Shown: positions 63,135 to 64,000 of the stretch, one piece after another
Layout of the letters: each line of letters starts with the position of its first letter
Numbering within the stretch: position 1 is the first letter of the stretch
Assembly (NCBI GenBank): GCA_030704615.1
Contig: CM060731.1
Span: 39,804,001 to 39,868,000, forward strand
Reading direction: 5' to 3'
DNA length: 64,000 nt
DNA from: Takakia lepidozioides
Taxonomy: Eukaryota; Plantae; Bryophyta
Translations under genes and position numbers: made by a program
Notes under the pieces: model-generated
What the model saw: only the letters and a program-made list of their open reading frames with translations
Told to the model about the DNA's origin: nothing
The model's database searches: none

Positions 63135-63416
63135 TTCGTGGTGGGAGACCATGTCAAGCTCATAGAGACTGTTTCGCGATCAACAGCCGGATTTGGCCGC
63201 ATTGCTGGTCTCCAAAGGATGGAGGTGAGTGAAGCGTACCCTGTCGTGCCAGAAGGCTATGTGGCCATCCACATTGATGATGTCCGCATTCCCAATGCCC
63301 CTCTACCATATCACAACAAATCCATGAAGCCTCATCACACTGAGTTGGGAGACACTGTAGGTTACATTACTGTGTGGAGTGACAAACTAGTGAAGACCTT
63401 GCAGACGAAGAGATGA
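63135..63416 (+). CDS. Terminal exon encoding a CACTA TnpA-type C-terminal domain (Tnp1/En/Spm-like)
   Basis: GDHVKL..GFGRI..VPEGYVAIHIDDV..PNAPLPY..ELGDTVGYITVWSDKLV; acceptor CAG at 63132-63134; candidate upstream exons at about 62530-62644 and 62893-62987. Confidence 0.65.
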   Translation, partial: FVVGDHVKLIETVSRSTAGFGRIAGLQRMEVSEAYPVVPEGYVAIHIDDVRIPNAPLPYHNKSMKPHHTELGDTVGYITVWSDKLVKTLQTKR

Positions 63417-64000
63417 GGCAGGTCGGCTTTGGCTAGCATTGTGGATTTCATGGGGATTTCCACCTCTGCCTCATCCGGATTTGGCAACTACGGTAACTTA
63501 TAGTAGTGACAGATTCTCTGAATTGACTGTCCAATTTTGATAGCAATCACATGTTGGATTTCCTCATGCATGTTGTTGCAAGCTTATGCCTCGTTAATGA
63601 GCAATGTGGTGGTAGGTGATATGTCCCCTTTGCACACACTATGGTTGGTTATTTTGCTGCTGAGAGAATGTGGTTGATAATGGTGATGCTGGATGGTGAT
63701 GTTGCTGCTGTTTATGCTCTTTCAGAATTATGTCGGTGCCACTTCTGTGCCTAAAGTCTTGTTGTATAGAGGATTGTGATGTTGTATGGCATATGCACGT
63801 GGCACCCTATTGGCTGCCTCTGTGGCATATCCACATCCGTCCAGAGTCATAACCATGAGTACCGAACCCAATATGATATGTGTATCCACATATTACATTT
63901 CGACATGTGACCCCCTAAGGTCCCCGCGCAATTGGTCCTATGACTCCGTATGCAAAACGTCCAGTCAAATATATGTCTACGAAGCAGCATGTGAGGTTTA

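Larger units (their letters stand above)
52443..64000 (-). mobile_element. Decayed CACTA/En-Spm region (termini not identified)
   Basis: TnpD pseudogene, TnpA-like domain, and shared ATGACTC/CATGAG motif clusters at about 54520-54850, 60180-60400, 62250-62480 and 63850-63950. Confidence 0.6.

Overview
Eukaryotic land-plant DNA, probably a bryophyte or other seed-free plant (inferred from TE lineages and gene style), dominated by transposons. 1-28.2 kb is a nested TE stack. It holds the 3' end of a chromovirus (1-2080), a full-length 13.3 kb non-chromovirus Ty3/gypsy element with extra 5' and 3' ORFs (3124-16383, TSD CGGCG) and a full-length chromovirus (19881-26799, TSD AAAAG). All three sit in an older repeat-rich element carrying a spliced gene of unknown family. 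Three host genes follow: a secreted Gly/Pro/aromatic tandem-repeat protein (29100-30347), a clathrin light chain (minus, about 31907-33330) and a 4-exon HOTHEAD-like GMC oxidoreductase (46513-49638). Between them lie a degenerate piggyBac element (34304-38999) and arrays of a non-autonomous Helitron family with a perfect head-to-tail CTAG|TC junction. From about 52.4 kb to the end is a decayed CACTA/En-Spm region: a TnpD transposase pseudogene, a divergent TnpA-like domain, and apparent cargo including an FCP1/NIF-type phosphatase-like domain lacking its catalytic Asp. All family assignments come from motif recognition by eye; no searches were run.
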